Positions 1 to 11,903 of a DNA stretch of 64,000 nt are shown here, in pieces. Position 1 is the first letter of the stretch; each line of letters starts with the position of its first letter. The notes below the pieces were generated by a model. It did not search any database. It was given only the letters and a program-made list of their open reading frames with translations, and was not told where the DNA came from. A program made the translations under genes and the position numbers. This DNA comes from an uncultured Chloroflexia bacterium (GTDB lineage Bacteria; Chloroflexota; Anaerolineae; CG2-30-64-16), in the NCBI GenBank assembly GCA_963774265.1, contig CAVZDU010000002.1:256001-320000 (forward strand), given 5' to 3'.

Positions 1-7
1 CCTCATA

Positions 8-970
8 ATGTCGGAAGTCCGGCTCATGGCGCTGAGCATCGTTATGATGGGCATTGGCGTGTTGCTCACAGGACAGGCCAACAGTATTCCCACCCTCCTG
101 GCAACCACATTCATCATGAGCCTCGGCTTTCACTTCTTCATGCCCAGCAGCAACGCCGTTGTTCTGATGATCATGAAAGAAGAGGACACACCCAAAACGC
201 TGGGCAATCTGGGCAGCCTGGGCTCTCTCGCTTCGGTTGCGGGGACAGGAGCTGTGCTACTCCTGGCTGCACCAATGGGCTATCGCAACCTGTTCAGCGC
301 GGTCGGAGCGGTGGTTATCCTGGGCGGGCTACTGCTCTTGCCATTTGGCAACCGGCAGACCCGCCTGCCGCTGGGTCGGAAGATTCGTTTGCGGCGGCGT
401 TACTGGTTGTACTATTTGTTGTCATTCCTGCTGGGCAGCCGGCGCCACATCTTTACGACTTTCGCCGTGTTTCTGTTGGTGCGAGAGTATAATGTCAGCG
501 TGCAAACCACGGCGATGCTGTTCCTGGTAAACAGCATCATCAACGTGCTCACCCTGCGGTGGACGGGCCAACTCGTCGGCAAGATCGGCGAGCGAACGGC
601 CATGACGATTACTTTCAGCTCGCTCGCTCTGATCTTCATGGGCTACGCCACTATTAAGGTGCTGCCGTTACTGTTCGGGCTGTTCATCCTGGATAATATT
701 TTCTTCGGATTCAACGTCTCCTTATCGTCGTATTTCCAGAAGATTGCAGTCTCACGCGAGGAAATTACCAGCAACCTATCAACGCAGCAAGCGATCGAGC
801 ACCTGGCGGCCATCACTGTGCCGCTGATTGGTGGGACCGTATGGCAGGTCTACGGGGCGCAAGCCCCGTTCCTGTTTGGCGTGGTGATCGTCTTGCTGGG
901 GCTGGTGTTCACACAGTTCATGCGAACAGGTCCGGCACCCCAACCGGGCGTTGTTGGTGGAGGCCACTGA
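8..970 (+). CDS. MFS transporter (probably 5'-truncated by window edge)
   Basis: Many hydrophobic helices; MFS-like loop motif (GQLVGKIGER); only the C-terminal ~320 aa visible. Confidence 0.8.
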   Translation: MSEVRLMALSIVMMGIGVLLTGQANSIPTLLATTFIMSLGFHFFMPSSNAVVLMIMKEEDTPKTLGNLGSLGSLASVAGTGAVLLLAAPMGYRNLFSAVGAVVILGGLLLLPFGNRQTRLPLGRKIRLRRRYWLYYLLSFLLGSRRHIFTTFAVFLLVREYNVSVQTTAMLFLVNSIINVLTLRWTGQLVGKIGERTAMTITFSSLALIFMGYATIKVLPLLFGLFILDNIFFGFNVSLSSYFQKIAVSREEITSNLSTQQAIEHLAAITVPLIGGTVWQVYGAQAPFLFGVVIVLLGLVFTQFMRTGPAPQPGVVGGGH

Positions 971-1063
971 ACTGAGACTGACGCGGCTCATTGTTACTCG
1001 CCCCTCTTTGGTGCTAGAATCCCCTCGGTGATTGTAAACTCAACACAAAGGAGTGACTCACTC

Positions 1064-4000
1064 ATGCCCGACCGTGAGTATTGGGACACGTACCTGGGCG
1101 CCGATCTCGGCGTTATCGACCCGGACATCGATGCTATTGTTGATTTCGAGGAAGAACGCCAGGCGCGCAAGCTGATCATGATCCCCTCGGAGTCCATGGC
1201 GCCCCTGGCAGTCCGCCAGGCGCTCGGCTCCGTCTTCAACAACGTCTACGCTGAGGGCTACCCTCCCCTGCGCATGACGCGCGATGATGAGGATTTGCTC
1301 CTCGACTATCCCCATCAGCTCGCCTACTATCGCCGCTATGCAGACCGGCGATTCTATAAGGGCGTCGACTACGTTCACTTCGTGGAGACGCTGGCTCAAC
1401 GCCGGGCAGCGCTTATCTTCGCCAACCAGCGCGTGAGCGATAAGAATATTTATGTCAACGTCCAACCCCTCTCCGGCGCAGCTGCTAACCTGTCAGTGTA
1501 CGATGCGATCTGCCAGACGGGCGACACTGTCATGGGCATGGATCTTTTCCAGGGGGGGCACCTGACCCACGGCAGTGAGTTCAACTTCTCAGGCAAACGG
1601 TTTCGGGTGGCAAGCTACGGCGTGAGCAAGGCGACGGGCAAGCTCGACTATGACGAAATCCGCGATCTGGCGCGCAATCACAAGCCCAAAATGATCATCG
1701 CCGGGTTTACGTCGTACACGTGGGCGCCCGATTGGGAGCTGTTCGCGGAGATCGCGCACGAGGTGGGAGCGGTGCTGCTGGCCGACATCAGCCACCCTGC
1801 CGGTATGGCGACTGCAGGCGCATTTCCCAATCCGGTGGGCATTGCCGACGTGATCACCTGCACAACCCACAAGACGTTATGCGGGCCGCGCGGCGCCATC
1901 ATCATGACGACCGATGAAGACCTGGGCAAGCGTATCGACCTGGCGGTGTTCCCCGGCGAACAAGGCGGTCCTCACACGCAGAAGTTCGCGGCGATGGCTG
2001 TGGCGTTCAAAATCGCAGGCACTGATGCGTTCAAGCGCATGATGCACCGCATCAAAGAAAACGCTGCTACGTTGGCCGATGGACTGACCAGGCGCGGGCT
2101 GAAGCTCGCTTATGGCGGCACCGACACGCACTTCTGCATGCTGGACCTCAACAGCGTCAAGAGCAAGACGGGTGCACCGTTACGCGGTGAACCTGCCGTG
2201 CGCATCCTGGACATGGCCGGCATTGTGGCCAATAAGAACACGATCCCCGGCGATACGCTCACGGCACTGGGCATGGGCATCCGGCTCGGAACGCCCTGGC
2301 TGACCCAGCGCGGGTTCGGGCCGGCGGAAATCGACCGGGTTGCGGGCCTCATCCACAAGACCGTCACCAACATCCAACCATTCAGCTACATCGGACTTTC
2401 TGGCGAGCTGCCCCGCGGGAAGATCGATTTGGACATCTTCGAGGAAATCAAGATGGAAGTGGCCGGATTGGCCGCAACAGGCGCGGCCGAGACCCCCAGT
2501 CGAGGGACAGGCTACCCGCATTTCTTCGGTCTCCAGAAAGCTGCTGTCAGCGACGGCCACGGCTTGGTTCTGGTCTCCGGCGACCGCGCCACACCGGGCC
2601 TGAACCAGATCGTCACGACGGACATCGCCGGACTTCAGGCGGAGCAAACCACCGTAGGATATATCCTCGATCCCGAGGGATGCGCCATGGACACGGTAGC
2701 CCTGCTGCGCGTGGCTGCCGACGAATATGGCCGCGACCGCTATTTCGTACGGACCCATCAACGTAATCATGGACGGGTGCTGGCATGGCTGCGCGGCCTG
2801 GCAGACGGGTATACGCTGTTTGACAGCAAAGACGTCCTTGCCAAGGTGGAAGGCCCACTGGTTGTTGTGGAGATGACACAGGGTGAAGCCGCTGAGTTGG
2901 GCGATCTCTCGGCTCTGTTGCACGCAGACACTGGCCCGTCAGACTGGGCCGGCCGTCACGCGCTGGAGTTATTCCGCACGACGCCCGACCGGTTCGAGCT
3001 GCAAAAGCCGTATTTCGTCGGACAGCACGTACTGGCGGAGGTCCGGGATACGACGGAGCTCCCGGTCTTCCGTTGGCAAGAGCCGGAGAATGCGCCACTC
3101 AAGCGTACGGCCCTCTACGAATGGCACAAGGCGCATACGCGACACATCGTCCCCTTCGCGGGCTGGGAGATGCCGGTCTGGTACACGGGTGTGCTCGATG
3201 AACACAACGTCGTGCGCAGGGCCGCCGGCCTGTTCGACGTGTCTCACATGGGCGTATTCGAGGCGACGGGACCGCATGCCGAGGAATTCCTGGACCTGGT
3301 GCTGACCAACTACGTCCGCTGGTACGCGCCGGGCGAGAGCTTCTACTCCTACCTGCTCGACGTTGACGGGAATGTAATCGACGATTTGCTGATCTACCGC
3401 CGCGCGAAAGATAACTTCCAGATCGTCGTCAACGCATCTAACGCGGACAAGGACTGGGCATGGCTCAATGCGGTCAACAACGGCGAGGTGCTCCTTGACC
3501 GGAGCCGGCCCGCCCTTAAGGTGCTGCGGCCTGCAACACTGCGCAACCTGAAGGACCCCTCCAGCGGTCCGGACATGCGCGTCGACCTGGCCCTGCAAGG
3601 CCCGGCGTCCATGCGCATCCTGCAGAGCCTGACCGACGATGCGCGCCTGCAAGACCAGATCGGCCGCGTGCCCCGCACCGGGGTGACTCAATGCGTGCTG
3701 GCGGGGTTCGACCTCGTCATCGCACGCACGGGTTACACGGGAGAAGATGTCGGCTACGAGATCTTCGTGCATCCTGACCGGGCGGTGGCATTCTGGGAGA
3801 AACTAATGGAGGCTGGCAAGCCCTTCGGCATACAGCCGACTGGGCTGGCGGCGCGCGACAGCACACGCACGGAGGCCGGCCTGCCGCTGTATGGCCACGA
3901 ACTGGCTGGGCACTTCAACATCTCGCCCGCAGGCGCGCGCTTCGCCGCATACGTCAAGCTCCACAAGCCATACTTCATCGGTCGCGAGGCCTACCTGGCG

Positions 4001-4390
4001 AAGGAGAAGGGACGCACAATGGAGGTGGCCCGCTTCCGCATGAATGAACGGGGTGTGCGCATGCCGAAGACAAGCGACCCGGTGGTGAACAAAAAGGGAC
4101 AGGTAATGGGCTGGGTCACGAGCGCGGCGGTAGATGTGGACGGTGTGATCCTCGGCCTGGCGTATGTTCAGAGTCGCTATGCCAAACCGGGAGACGAAAT
4201 CGGCATCTTCAATCTGCCGGCGAAGCCCTTGGTGGAAAAAGACAACAAAGCGGAACTGCAGCCCGGCGACAAGATCGCATTGTCGGATGCCGCCACCCTG
4301 CTCCCACGCTTCCCGGGCAAGGCTGAGCGAGCGCACTGGCGCGGTGATGTCGCGGCGCCCCTATCGCAACCGGCTGCGGCCAACGAATAG
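1064..4390 (+). CDS. glyA-gcvT: Serine hydroxymethyltransferase fused to glycine cleavage T protein (SHMT-GcvT)
   Basis: SHMT motifs [32 protein letters not shown]; GcvT motifs [39 protein letters not shown]; AAGGAG RBS before ATG 1064. Confidence 0.93.
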   Translation: MPDREYWDTYLGADLGVIDPDIDAIVDFEEERQARKLIMIPSESMAPLAVRQALGSVFNNVYAEGYPPLRMTRDDEDLLLDYPHQLAYYRRYADRRFYKGVDYVHFVETLAQRRAALIFANQRVSDKNIYVNVQPLSGAAANLSVYDAICQTGDTVMGMDLFQGGHLTHGSEFNFSGKRFRVASYGVSKATGKLDYDEIRDLARNHKPKMIIAGFTSYTWAPDWELFAEIAHEVGAVLLADISHPAGMATAGAFPNPVGIADVITCTTHKTLCGPRGAIIMTTDEDLGKRIDLAVFPGEQGGPHTQKFAAMAVAFKIAGTDAFKRMMHRIKENAATLADGLTRRGLKLAYGGTDTHFCMLDLNSVKSKTGAPLRGEPAVRILDMAGIVANKNTIPGDTLTALGMGIRLGTPWLTQRGFGPAEIDRVAGLIHKTVTNIQPFSYIGLSGELPRGKIDLDIFEEIKMEVAGLAATGAAETPSRGTGYPHFFGLQKAAVSDGHGLVLVSGDRATPGLNQIVTTDIAGLQAEQTTVGYILDPEGCAMDTVALLRVAADEYGRDRYFVRTHQRNHGRVLAWLRGLADGYTLFDSKDVLAKVEGPLVVVEMTQGEAAELGDLSALLHADTGPSDWAGRHALELFRTTPDRFELQKPYFVGQHVLAEVRDTTELPVFRWQEPENAPLKRTALYEWHKAHTRHIVPFAGWEMPVWYTGVLDEHNVVRRAAGLFDVSHMGVFEATGPHAEEFLDLVLTNYVRWYAPGESFYSYLLDVDGNVIDDLLIYRRAKDNFQIVVNASNADKDWAWLNAVNNGEVLLDRSRPALKVLRPATLRNLKDPSSGPDMRVDLALQGPASMRILQSLTDDARLQDQIGRVPRTGVTQCVLAGFDLVIARTGYTGEDVGYEIFVHPDRAVAFWEKLMEAGKPFGIQPTGLAARDSTRTEAGLPLYGHELAGHFNISPAGARFAAYVKLHKPYFIGREAYLAKEKGRTMEVARFRMNERGVRMPKTSDPVVNKKGQVMGWVTSAAVDVDGVILGLAYVQSRYAKPGDEIGIFNLPAKPLVEKDNKAELQPGDKIALSDAATLLPRFPGKAERAHWRGDVAAPLSQPAAANE

Positions 4391-4405
4391 GAAGAGGATA
4401 AGAGA

Positions 4406-4436
4406 GGTGCCCGGCACTTTCGAAGCGCCGGGCACC
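4406..4436. terminator. GGTGCCCGGCAC...GCGCCGGGCACC inverted repeat between convergent genes (terminator/REP-like)
   Basis: Near-perfect stem between the fusion gene and typA 3' ends. Confidence 0.6.
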
Positions 4437-4469
4437 CGCAGCCCGCTTGTGGTGCGAAAGAAATCCGCG

Positions 4470-6335
4470 TTAACTCACCGCGTCTCCGGCTGCGGCCAGG
4501 CTGTGGGTCTTCCGACTCTTCTTACGGTCGTCGGTGCCTAGTATGCGCTTGCGCATTCGGATGCTCTTCGGCGTTACCTCGACCAGTTCATCGTCTGTGA
4601 TGTACTCCAGGCAATCATCCAGAGACATCACAATCGGCGAATCCAGGTGGACCAACTCATCGCCGGCCGATGACCGGTGGTTGGTCAGATGCTTCTTCTT
4701 GGTGACGCTGAGCGTCAGATCTTCCTCGGTCGGCCGGCGACCCACGATCATTCCTTCGTATACCTCAACGCCAGGACCAATAAACAACCGGCCGCGCTCC
4801 TGAGCATTGAACAACGAATATTGCGTGCTCATCCCGCTCTCCCAGGCCACCAGCGAACCGGTCTGCCGTGACTTGATCGGGCCCATGAACGGCTCGTACC
4901 CAGAAAAGATGCTGTGCACGATGCCAAGTCCGCGCGTGGCGGTTAGAAATGACTGGCGGAAGCCCAGCAGGCCCCGCGTCGGCACCAGGAAAGTGTAGTA
5001 GACCGTGCCGGTTGCGCCGTTCGAGCCCTGGTGCATGTTGGTCATCTGGCCTTTGCGCGGGCCGAGCATTTCCACGACCACTCCCGAATACGGCTCGGGG
5101 ACCTCAATATAGGCCTCTTCCACCGGTTCAAGTGTTTCGCCCGTGTCGGGGTCATCATGCAGGATCACCTCCGGCGCGCTGACCTGAAACTCATAGCCCT
5201 CACGGCGCATCGTTTCAATCAGGATCGCGAGATGCAGCTCGCCTCGTCCGCTCACAAGGAAGGTGTCTGCCGCTTCAGTCGGCTCAACCCGCAACGCCAC
5301 GTCGCGCTCCAGCGCGCGCTCCAACCGTTCCTTGAGCTTGCGGCTGGTGACCCACGTGCCCTCACGTCCCGATAGAGGCGACGTATTGACGCCGAACGTC
5401 ATACGGACGGTCGGCTCTTCTACCGTGATAACGGGCAATGCGCGAGGATCGGCCGCGTCCGCGATCGTTTCCCCAATGTTGATCTCGGGGATGCCCGTCA
5501 GAGCAACGATTTCGCCGGCAGCTACTTCCGGAACCTCCAGGCGCTCCAGCCCCTCATAGATGAACACCTGCGCGGTCTTCTCCTGGTGGATCTGCCCCTG
5601 CCGGTCAATCCTGGCGATGCTCTGCCCCCGACGCAGCGTGCCAGCGGACAGACGCCCCATGATGATCTTGCCCTTGTAGTCGTCGTACGACAGATTGGTC
5701 ACCAGCATCTGCGTGGGCGCGTCCGGATCCACAATCGGCGCCGGCAGCTTCTCCACAATCGCGTCGAAAAGCGGCTTGAGGCTGCCCTGGAGATTGTCCG
5801 GATCGGTGCCAGACTGGCCTGAGGTCGCGATGGTGTAGATAACAGGGAATTCCGCCTGCTCTTCGGATGCGCCCAGATTGATGAACAAATCAAAGGCGGC
5901 GTCTACAGCCCACCCGGGCCGCGCGTGGTTACGATCCACCTTGTTGATGACGAGAATGGCGCGGCGGCCCAACTCAAGTGCCTTGCGCAGGACAAAACGG
6001 GTTTGCGGCATCGGTCCTTCGGCTGCATCAACCAGAAGCAGAACGCCATCCACCATGTTCAGAACGCGCTCGACCTCGCCGCCAAAGTCCGCGTGGCCGG
6101 GAGTATCCACAATGTTAATCTTTATGGGGCCATAGCGCACCGAAGTATTCTTGGCCAGGATGGTAATGCCGCGCTCGCGCTCCAGGTCGTTGGAGTCCAT
6201 CACACGCTCGGGCACATTCTGGTTGTCGCGAAACACGCGTGATTGTTTGAGCATGGCGTCGACCAAGGTGGTTTTCCCGTGGTCTACGTGTGCGATAATG
6301 GCGATATTGCGGATGTCTTCCCGTCGAACCTGCAT
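4470..6335 (-). CDS. typA: Translational GTPase TypA/BipA
   Basis: [56 protein letters not shown]. Confidence 0.97.
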   Translation of the reverse strand: MQVRREDIRNIAIIAHVDHGKTTLVDAMLKQSRVFRDNQNVPERVMDSNDLERERGITILAKNTSVRYGPIKINIVDTPGHADFGGEVERVLNMVDGVLLLVDAAEGPMPQTRFVLRKALELGRRAILVINKVDRNHARPGWAVDAAFDLFINLGASEEQAEFPVIYTIATSGQSGTDPDNLQGSLKPLFDAIVEKLPAPIVDPDAPTQMLVTNLSYDDYKGKIIMGRLSAGTLRRGQSIARIDRQGQIHQEKTAQVFIYEGLERLEVPEVAAGEIVALTGIPEINIGETIADAADPRALPVITVEEPTVRMTFGVNTSPLSGREGTWVTSRKLKERLERALERDVALRVEPTEAADTFLVSGRGELHLAILIETMRREGYEFQVSAPEVILHDDPDTGETLEPVEEAYIEVPEPYSGVVVEMLGPRKGQMTNMHQGSNGATGTVYYTFLVPTRGLLGFRQSFLTATRGLGIVHSIFSGYEPFMGPIKSRQTGSLVAWESGMSTQYSLFNAQERGRLFIGPGVEVYEGMIVGRRPTEEDLTLSVTKKKHLTNHRSSAGDELVHLDSPIVMSLDDCLEYITDDELVEVTPKSIRMRKRILGTDDRKKSRKTHSLAAAGDAVS

Positions 6336-6357
6336 TTGTTCCTCGCTGCCTTAATCC

Positions 6358-6440
6358 AAAACGCCGGAAGCCATTGAGGCTTCCGGCGTCTCTCACAGAC
6401 GCATACGAAAATGTCAGCCGGCTATCTGCCTCGGCTGACA
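6358..6440 (-). promoter_or_regulatory. Two hairpins in the typA leader, the proximal one followed by TTTT
   Basis: Minus strand: TGTCAGCCGA..CCGGCTGACA then GACGCCGGAAGCC..GGCTTCCGGCGTTTT. Confidence 0.45.
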
Positions 6441-6505
6441 AATCAGTAAGATGATTCTACAGCAAGTCCGCTAAAAAAACAAGTTTGATGATGGATTCTT
6501 GCAGC

Positions 6506-7354
6506 CTAATGGTTGAGGGGATCGAGTCGCCGGCCCTTGTTCACCATCAGCCCCGGCTGGCACACCCGACAAAAGTAAGTGGTCGAGCGTTCATAGGTGA
6601 TCGAGCTGATGCGTCCAGCGCAGCGCGGGCAGTCGCCGTCTTCCTTGCCGTGGATGGCAAGGAAGTCACGCACTTCAACGTCGATCTTGTCGCCCACGCG
6701 TTCACGCAGGACTTCGATAGCCCGCCGCAGCACCGCCTGCATGCATCCGTACAGCCGGTCCACTTCCTCGACGCTCAGAGTGGCGCGGCGACGCATCGGA
6801 TAGATGGCGGCACACCATAGTATCTCGTCAGCGTACGCGTTGCCGATGCCCGCGACAAATTGCTGATTCGTCAGCACACCCTTGATCTCTCCCTGGAATT
6901 TCCGCAGCCGCTCACGGAAGACCTCCAGCGTCAGCTCGGGATCATCTGCTTCGGGCGCCAGTCCGGTGAACCCCGGAACCTGGTCGAGATCGGAGACCAG
7001 GTAGATCTTCCCCATATCCTTGGCGTCGTGGTAGCGCAGCTCCTTGCCGTCTTCAAGGGTCAGGATCAGGGCGTCGCGCACGCGGTTCTTGCCCAGGGGT
7101 TCGCCGTAGCGGATGCGGCCGGCCAGCATCGGGTGTATAACGATCGTCACGCCGCTATCGAGCGAAAGCAGCAAATACTTACCACGGCGCGTGACAGCCA
7201 CGAAGCGCCGGCCCACCAGGATTACGGAAGGCTCCCCACCGAGGATGTTGCGGACGATCAATGGACGCGGCGCCTGCGCGTCCACGATTGTCACCCCGGG
7301 CAGTCGTGGCGCCAGATATTCGCGGATGATTTCGAGGTCGGGCAGTTCAGGCAC
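6506..7354 (-). CDS. mutM: Fpg/Nei family DNA glycosylase
   Basis: N-terminal MPELPD, RRGKYL, H2TH AGIGNAYADEIL, C4 zinc finger CPRC...CRVC. Confidence 0.88.
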   Translation of the reverse strand: MPELPDLEIIREYLAPRLPGVTIVDAQAPRPLIVRNILGGEPSVILVGRRFVAVTRRGKYLLLSLDSGVTIVIHPMLAGRIRYGEPLGKNRVRDALILTLEDGKELRYHDAKDMGKIYLVSDLDQVPGFTGLAPEADDPELTLEVFRERLRKFQGEIKGVLTNQQFVAGIGNAYADEILWCAAIYPMRRRATLSVEEVDRLYGCMQAVLRRAIEVLRERVGDKIDVEVRDFLAIHGKEDGDCPRCAGRISSITYERSTTYFCRVCQPGLMVNKGRRLDPLNH

Positions 7355-7496
7355 TGTCTATCAGCACGGCTATCGAGGCATGCATCGATGTGAGCGGACG
7401 ACCCTGATTTTGAGGTGAGATCTGGAGCCGGGCCTTCGAGCTCTTGTGGACCTCGAAGGCCCTCGCATGCAGATCCCACCCCACGAATTGACCGGA

Positions 7497-8952
7497 TCAG
7501 CTACACCCGGGCGCGTAGCAGAGGTGCAAGTCCTTCGCAGCGCGCACCTCGTCCAGACGCTTGACCGGCGCGTTATGCGGCGCCGTCTTTAGCAATTCGG
7601 GGTTCTCGCGCGCTTCTTGAGCGATCGCAATCAATGCGTCGGCGAAGGCGTCCAGCGTCTCCTTACTCTCCGTCTCCGTCGGCTCGATCATCAAGGCCTC
7701 TGGAACAATGAGCGGGAAGTAGACTGTAGGCGGGTGGAAGTTGTAGTCCATCAGCCGCTTGGCGATGTCCAGGGTGTTCACTCCAGGTGCGCCATCCAGC
7801 TTACCTTGGGCCACGAACTCATGCATACACGTCCGGTCGCCGTGAGGGATCGGATAGGTGTCCCGCAGCCGCGCTTGAAGGTAGTTTGCGTTCAGCACTG
7901 CATTCTCGCTGATCGCTCGCAACCCATTGGCGCCGTGCATCCGGATGTAGGTATATGCGCGCACCAGGACACCGAAGTTGCCCCAGAACGCCTTAACCCG
8001 GCCGATGCTCTTCGCCGGCATGTGCCACTCGTACCAGCCGTCCTCGGTCTTCGCCACGATCGGGCCGGGCAGATAGTCTGCCAAGTGAGCCGCAACGCCG
8101 ACCGCGCCGGAACCGGGACCCCCGCCACCATGGGGGGTGGAGAATGTCTTGTGCAGGTTGTAGTGCATGACGTCGAAGCCGACCTCGCCCGGTTTGGCGA
8201 TGCCGAGGATCGCGTTGAAGTTGGCGCCGTCGCCGTAGCAGAGACCGCCCGCCTCGTGAACGAGTCGCAGGACTTCCTGGACGTTGCAGTCGAAGAGACC
8301 GAGCGTGTTCGGGTTCGTCAGCATCAGGCCGACAAGCTGTGGACCGTGCTTGGCGATCGACGCGCGGAGGGCGTCCAGATCGACGTTGCCATCGGCGTCG
8401 GACCCGACCTCCACGGCCTTCAAACCGGACATGCTCGTCGTGGCCGGATTTGTGCCATGCGCAGAATCCGGGACGAGGATGATATTGCGATGAGTTTCGC
8501 CTCGATCGTAGAGATACTTGCGCATGATCAAGACGCCAGTTAGCTCGCCGTGCGCACCGGCGGCGGGTTGAAGCGTGACCGCAGCAAAGCCGGCGATCTC
8601 CGCAAGCATCTCCTGCAGGTTGTAGATGAGCGCCATCGCCCCCTGCGCCGTGTCTTCAGATTGGAGAGGGTGCAAGTTGGCGAAGCCCGGCATGCGCGCG
8701 GCTGCCTCGTTCACCTTTGGGTTGTACTTCATCGTGCAGGAGCCGAGCGGGTAGAACCCGGTATCGATCGAGTAGTTCAACTGGCTCAGCCGGGTGTAGT
8801 GGCGCACCAGGTCGATCTCAGACACTTCAGGAAGGGGCAAGTCCGCCGCGAACCGCGTCCTGTGGCAGCGGCGTTTCGGGCACGTCAGCATCGGGCAGAT
8901 GCACTGCCTTACGTCCAGCCCGGCAGATCTCGTAGATCAAAGGCTCGCCCAT
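7497..8952 (-). CDS. gcvPB: Glycine dehydrogenase subunit 2 (one apparent frameshift near 8850)
   Basis: [39 protein letters not shown]; a typical N-terminus MGEPLIYE starts at 8952 overlapping the gcvPA stop but lies in another frame. Confidence 0.92.
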
Positions 8953-10361
8953 CACGCCACCTCCTCGATGTCGTTCAATTCGTCCTGGCCTTCCAGATCG
9001 TCTACTTCGAGAGTGCTCATCCCGGCAAGCGCCTCAGCCAACGCCTCGATCTCGGCGCGGCTGTTCATCTCCGTGACGCAGACCAGCATGTGATCAGCCA
9101 ACTCGGGATAGTCCCGGCCCAGGTCATAGCCTCCCAAGATGCCCCACTCATCCAGCAGGTGCTGGTTGATATCGGCCACAGGTTGCGGACACTGGACAAC
9201 GAATTCTTTGAAGAACAGACCGTCGCTCTTGACCGCGTAGCCTTCCAGCTTGTCGATGAGGGTCGCAGCGTAATGCGCCTTATGATACGACAGCTCTGCG
9301 GCCTTGCGCAGGCCGTGCTTGCCCATCGCAGCCATGTAGATGGCGGCGGCGAGCGCGTTGAGGGCCTCGTTGCTGCAGATATTGCTGGACGCCTTGTCGC
9401 GTCGAATGTGCTGCTCGCGAGTGCTGAGGGTCAGCACGTAGCCGCGTTTGCCGTCAACGTCAACGGTTTCCCCAACGATGCGGCCCGCCGACTTGCGCAC
9501 GTCATCCATCTTCATGGCATAAAAACCGACATATGGCCCACCAAAGCTGAGTGCGTTGCCCATGGGCTGGCCCTCGCCGCAGGCTACATCCGCGCCGTAT
9601 TGGCCGGGAGGGGTAAAAAGGCCCAGGCTGATGGGATCGACGGCCACAACCAACAACGCACCCGCTGCGTGCACTTTGTCCGCGAGCGCCTGCATTTCCC
9701 CGGGAGTATAGAGACGGCCCAGAAAATCCGGGTTCTGCACGATGATACATGCCACGTCTTTGTCGGCCAGGCTCGCGAGCGCGTCCATATCACCCAGAGG
9801 TGCAGTCTCACCGACCGTGGCGACACTCATCCCCTGGATGTAGGTGTGGACCACTTCGCGGTACTGCGGATTCAGTGTGGGGCTGAGCACGACCTTGAGC
9901 CTCTTACCTCGGCCAACCTGAAGCGCCATGATTACGGCCTCGGCCACAGCAGTCGCCCCGTCATAGTGCGAGACGTTCGAGACCTCCATGCCGGTCAAAG
10001 CCGTAATCATGGACTGATACTCGAAGTGCGCTTGAAGCGTGCCCTGGCTGATTTCCGGTTGATAGGGCGTGTAGGCCGTGTAGAACTCCCCGCGCGAGAT
10101 GATGGAATCGACCACCTTGGGCACGAAGTGGTTATATGCACCCGCGCCAAGGAAGCACGCGATGTGGTTCAGGTCGTCGTTCTCGTCACCCAGCGCCTGG
10201 AGTTCCTGAAGCATCTCCATTTCAGTGAGGGCGGGCGGCAGGTCGAGTTTCGGGAAGCGCAGCTTCTCCGGGACATCGACAAAGAGATCAGCCACCGACT
10301 TGACGCCGACAACCTTGAGCATTTCCTCACGGTCGGCGTCTGTGTTCGGAATATAGTCCAT
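8952..10361 (-). CDS. gcvPA: Glycine dehydrogenase subunit 1
   Basis: FLGAGAY, YTAYTPYQPEISQG, REQHIRRDKASSNICSN. Confidence 0.96.
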   Translation of the reverse strand: MDYIPNTDADREEMLKVVGVKSVADLFVDVPEKLRFPKLDLPPALTEMEMLQELQALGDENDDLNHIACFLGAGAYNHFVPKVVDSIISRGEFYTAYTPYQPEISQGTLQAHFEYQSMITALTGMEVSNVSHYDGATAVAEAVIMALQVGRGKRLKVVLSPTLNPQYREVVHTYIQGMSVATVGETAPLGDMDALASLADKDVACIIVQNPDFLGRLYTPGEMQALADKVHAAGALLVVAVDPISLGLFTPPGQYGADVACGEGQPMGNALSFGGPYVGFYAMKMDDVRKSAGRIVGETVDVDGKRGYVLTLSTREQHIRRDKASSNICSNEALNALAAAIYMAAMGKHGLRKAAELSYHKAHYAATLIDKLEGYAVKSDGLFFKEFVVQCPQPVADINQHLLDEWGILGGYDLGRDYPELADHMLVCVTEMNSRAEIEALAEALAGMSTLEVDDLEGQDELNDIEEVA

Positions 10362-10384
10362 TCAAGTCCTCCCAGCGAGTGCGG

Positions 10385-10792
10385 TTAGTGACCGCCTTTT
10401 TCTTCCTCTTCCTGCACATAGGACTCGTAGGCCGTCGCATCCATCAGATCGGCCAGCTCGCTCTCATCGCTGAGAGTCACCTTGACCAGCCAGGCCTTGC
10501 CGTAGGGATCCTCATTCACCCATTCAGGGTTGTCCTCAAGCTCAGTATTGACCTCGATCACCTCGCCACTGATGGGAGCATAGGCGTCTTCCGCGGCCTT
10601 CACCGACTCGACGGTGCCCATTGTTTCACCCTTTGCCAGGGTGTCACCCACTTCGGGCAATTCCACGTAGACGATGTCGGATAGGAGGTGCTGTGCATAA
10701 TCAGAGACACCGACGACCGCGATGTCCCCCTCCACGCGCACCCACTCGTGCGACTTCGCGTACCGTGCCTTTGCATCGAACTTGTAAGCCAT
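10385..10792 (-). CDS. gcvH: Glycine cleavage H protein
   Basis: HEW, lipoyl motif VESVKAAED, VNEDPYGKAW; AGGAGG RBS before ATG 10792. Confidence 0.95.
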   Translation of the reverse strand: MAYKFDAKARYAKSHEWVRVEGDIAVVGVSDYAQHLLSDIVYVELPEVGDTLAKGETMGTVESVKAAEDAYAPISGEVIEVNTELEDNPEWVNEDPYGKAWLVKVTLSDESELADLMDATAYESYVQEEEEKGGH

Positions 10793-10834
10793 GATGTCCT
10801 CCTGCTGGTGATACTGATTGGATGGTAGCGTGCT

Positions 10835-10885
10835 TAAACATAAAGACGGGAGTAGAAAGCAAGCCCTTGCCCCGCTCCCGTCTCT
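10835..10885 (-). terminator. Riboswitch expression-platform terminator
   Basis: AGACGGGAG...CTCCCGTCT followed by TTATGTTT on the minus strand, overlapping the aptamer 2 3' end. Confidence 0.75.
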
Positions 10886-11082
10886 GTCTGGTGACCTGAG
10901 AGATTGCCCACGTCGGCTTGCCCCATCGGTGTCATCGTTCGGATGAGCTTTCCAGAGTGCTGTCCCAACGCGATGTCTTTTGCCTGAGAGATTGTCCCGC
11001 CGGCCCGGCAGCCGGTCGGAGTGCCCCTTCGGCGACTGATCCCAAACTGCGTGGGTCAGTGCTCTCTCGCGCTGTTCATCCA
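10875..11082 (-). ncRNA. Tandem glycine riboswitch
   Basis: Minus strand has two aptamers: GAGAG..CGCCGAAGGGGCA..AATCTCTCAGGCAAAAG and CTCTGGAAAG..CACCGATGGGGCAA..AATCTCTCAGG..GACAGAG; upstream of gcvH. Confidence 0.92.
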
Positions 11083-11201
11083 GCGTATATGCCTTTAGCT
11101 TGGTTGAGTGTAGCATAGCCTTGAGGTGCTGTCAACGAAAATGCGCGCGTATGTTATACTGACACCCTTGTGCCCATCGTCTTCATCTGGAGGATTTCTT
11201 A

Positions 11202-11858
11202 ATGCCAGCGTGGATGCCAGCAACCGGCCCGGAACGCCTCTTGTGGCTCGTGATCATCTTCCTTGTGGTCGGCTACTTAGTTGGCCAGTGGTTGAACCGG
11301 CAGCGCAGCAAGCGCATCGGCTCATGGTTGCAGGCCGGCCTGGGCGCATTGGGCGGCCGGGTCGCCTGGAAATGGCTGCGACCGATGAGCGCCGGCGCAG
11401 AAATCACCGTCCAGGAAACGCGGCCGCCGTATCGGGGTCTTGTCATCGGCTACTATCTGCTGACACGGGAATTCGCACCCCTCTGGCTGGTCGAGTGGCT
11501 GCGGGGCAAGCGCGATTTGCTGTCTCTACGGGCGGACCTGCGCACGCAGCCAACACGCGAGTTCGACATCCTGCCCCTCCAAGGCAAGCTTCGAAAGGAG
11601 CTTGACGAAGCGTCGGTGCAGCGGGCATACCACTGGCAGGAACTGGCCAACGGGCTTGGATTGGCCACACAGGGTCAGCCCGATCGGGCGCTGCTTCACA
11701 GGGTTCAGCAATTCCTGGATGCCTATGGACCCTACGTGGAACGAATATCGCTTCGGCGGCGCGCACCTCATGTGGTTTCCTTTCTAAGGCTATCTGGGCT
11801 GGAAAACACGAAAAGTGACAAGTTGTGGCGCGCATTGGGGGAGTTAGTACAAGGGTGA
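11202..11858 (+). CDS. Hypothetical membrane-anchored protein
   Basis: GGAGG RBS; single N-terminal TM helix; start of the panE-scpA run. Confidence 0.75.
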   Translation: MPAWMPATGPERLLWLVIIFLVVGYLVGQWLNRQRSKRIGSWLQAGLGALGGRVAWKWLRPMSAGAEITVQETRPPYRGLVIGYYLLTREFAPLWLVEWLRGKRDLLSLRADLRTQPTREFDILPLQGKLRKELDEASVQRAYHWQELANGLGLATQGQPDRALLHRVQQFLDAYGPYVERISLRRRAPHVVSFLRLSGLENTKSDKLWRALGELVQG

Positions 11859-11903
11859 CGCCAGCAACGAATGGCGAGGAAGAGCAATTACGGAGGAGGC
11901 CCC

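Noticed and set aside
8550-10388. 612-aa + strand ORF
   Set aside because: Antisense shadow of gcvPA/gcvPB with no recognisable motifs; common in GC-rich DNA
10793-11116. N-terminal extension of gcvH in the ORF track
   Set aside because: Reads through the glycine riboswitch; the RBS supports the ATG at 10792
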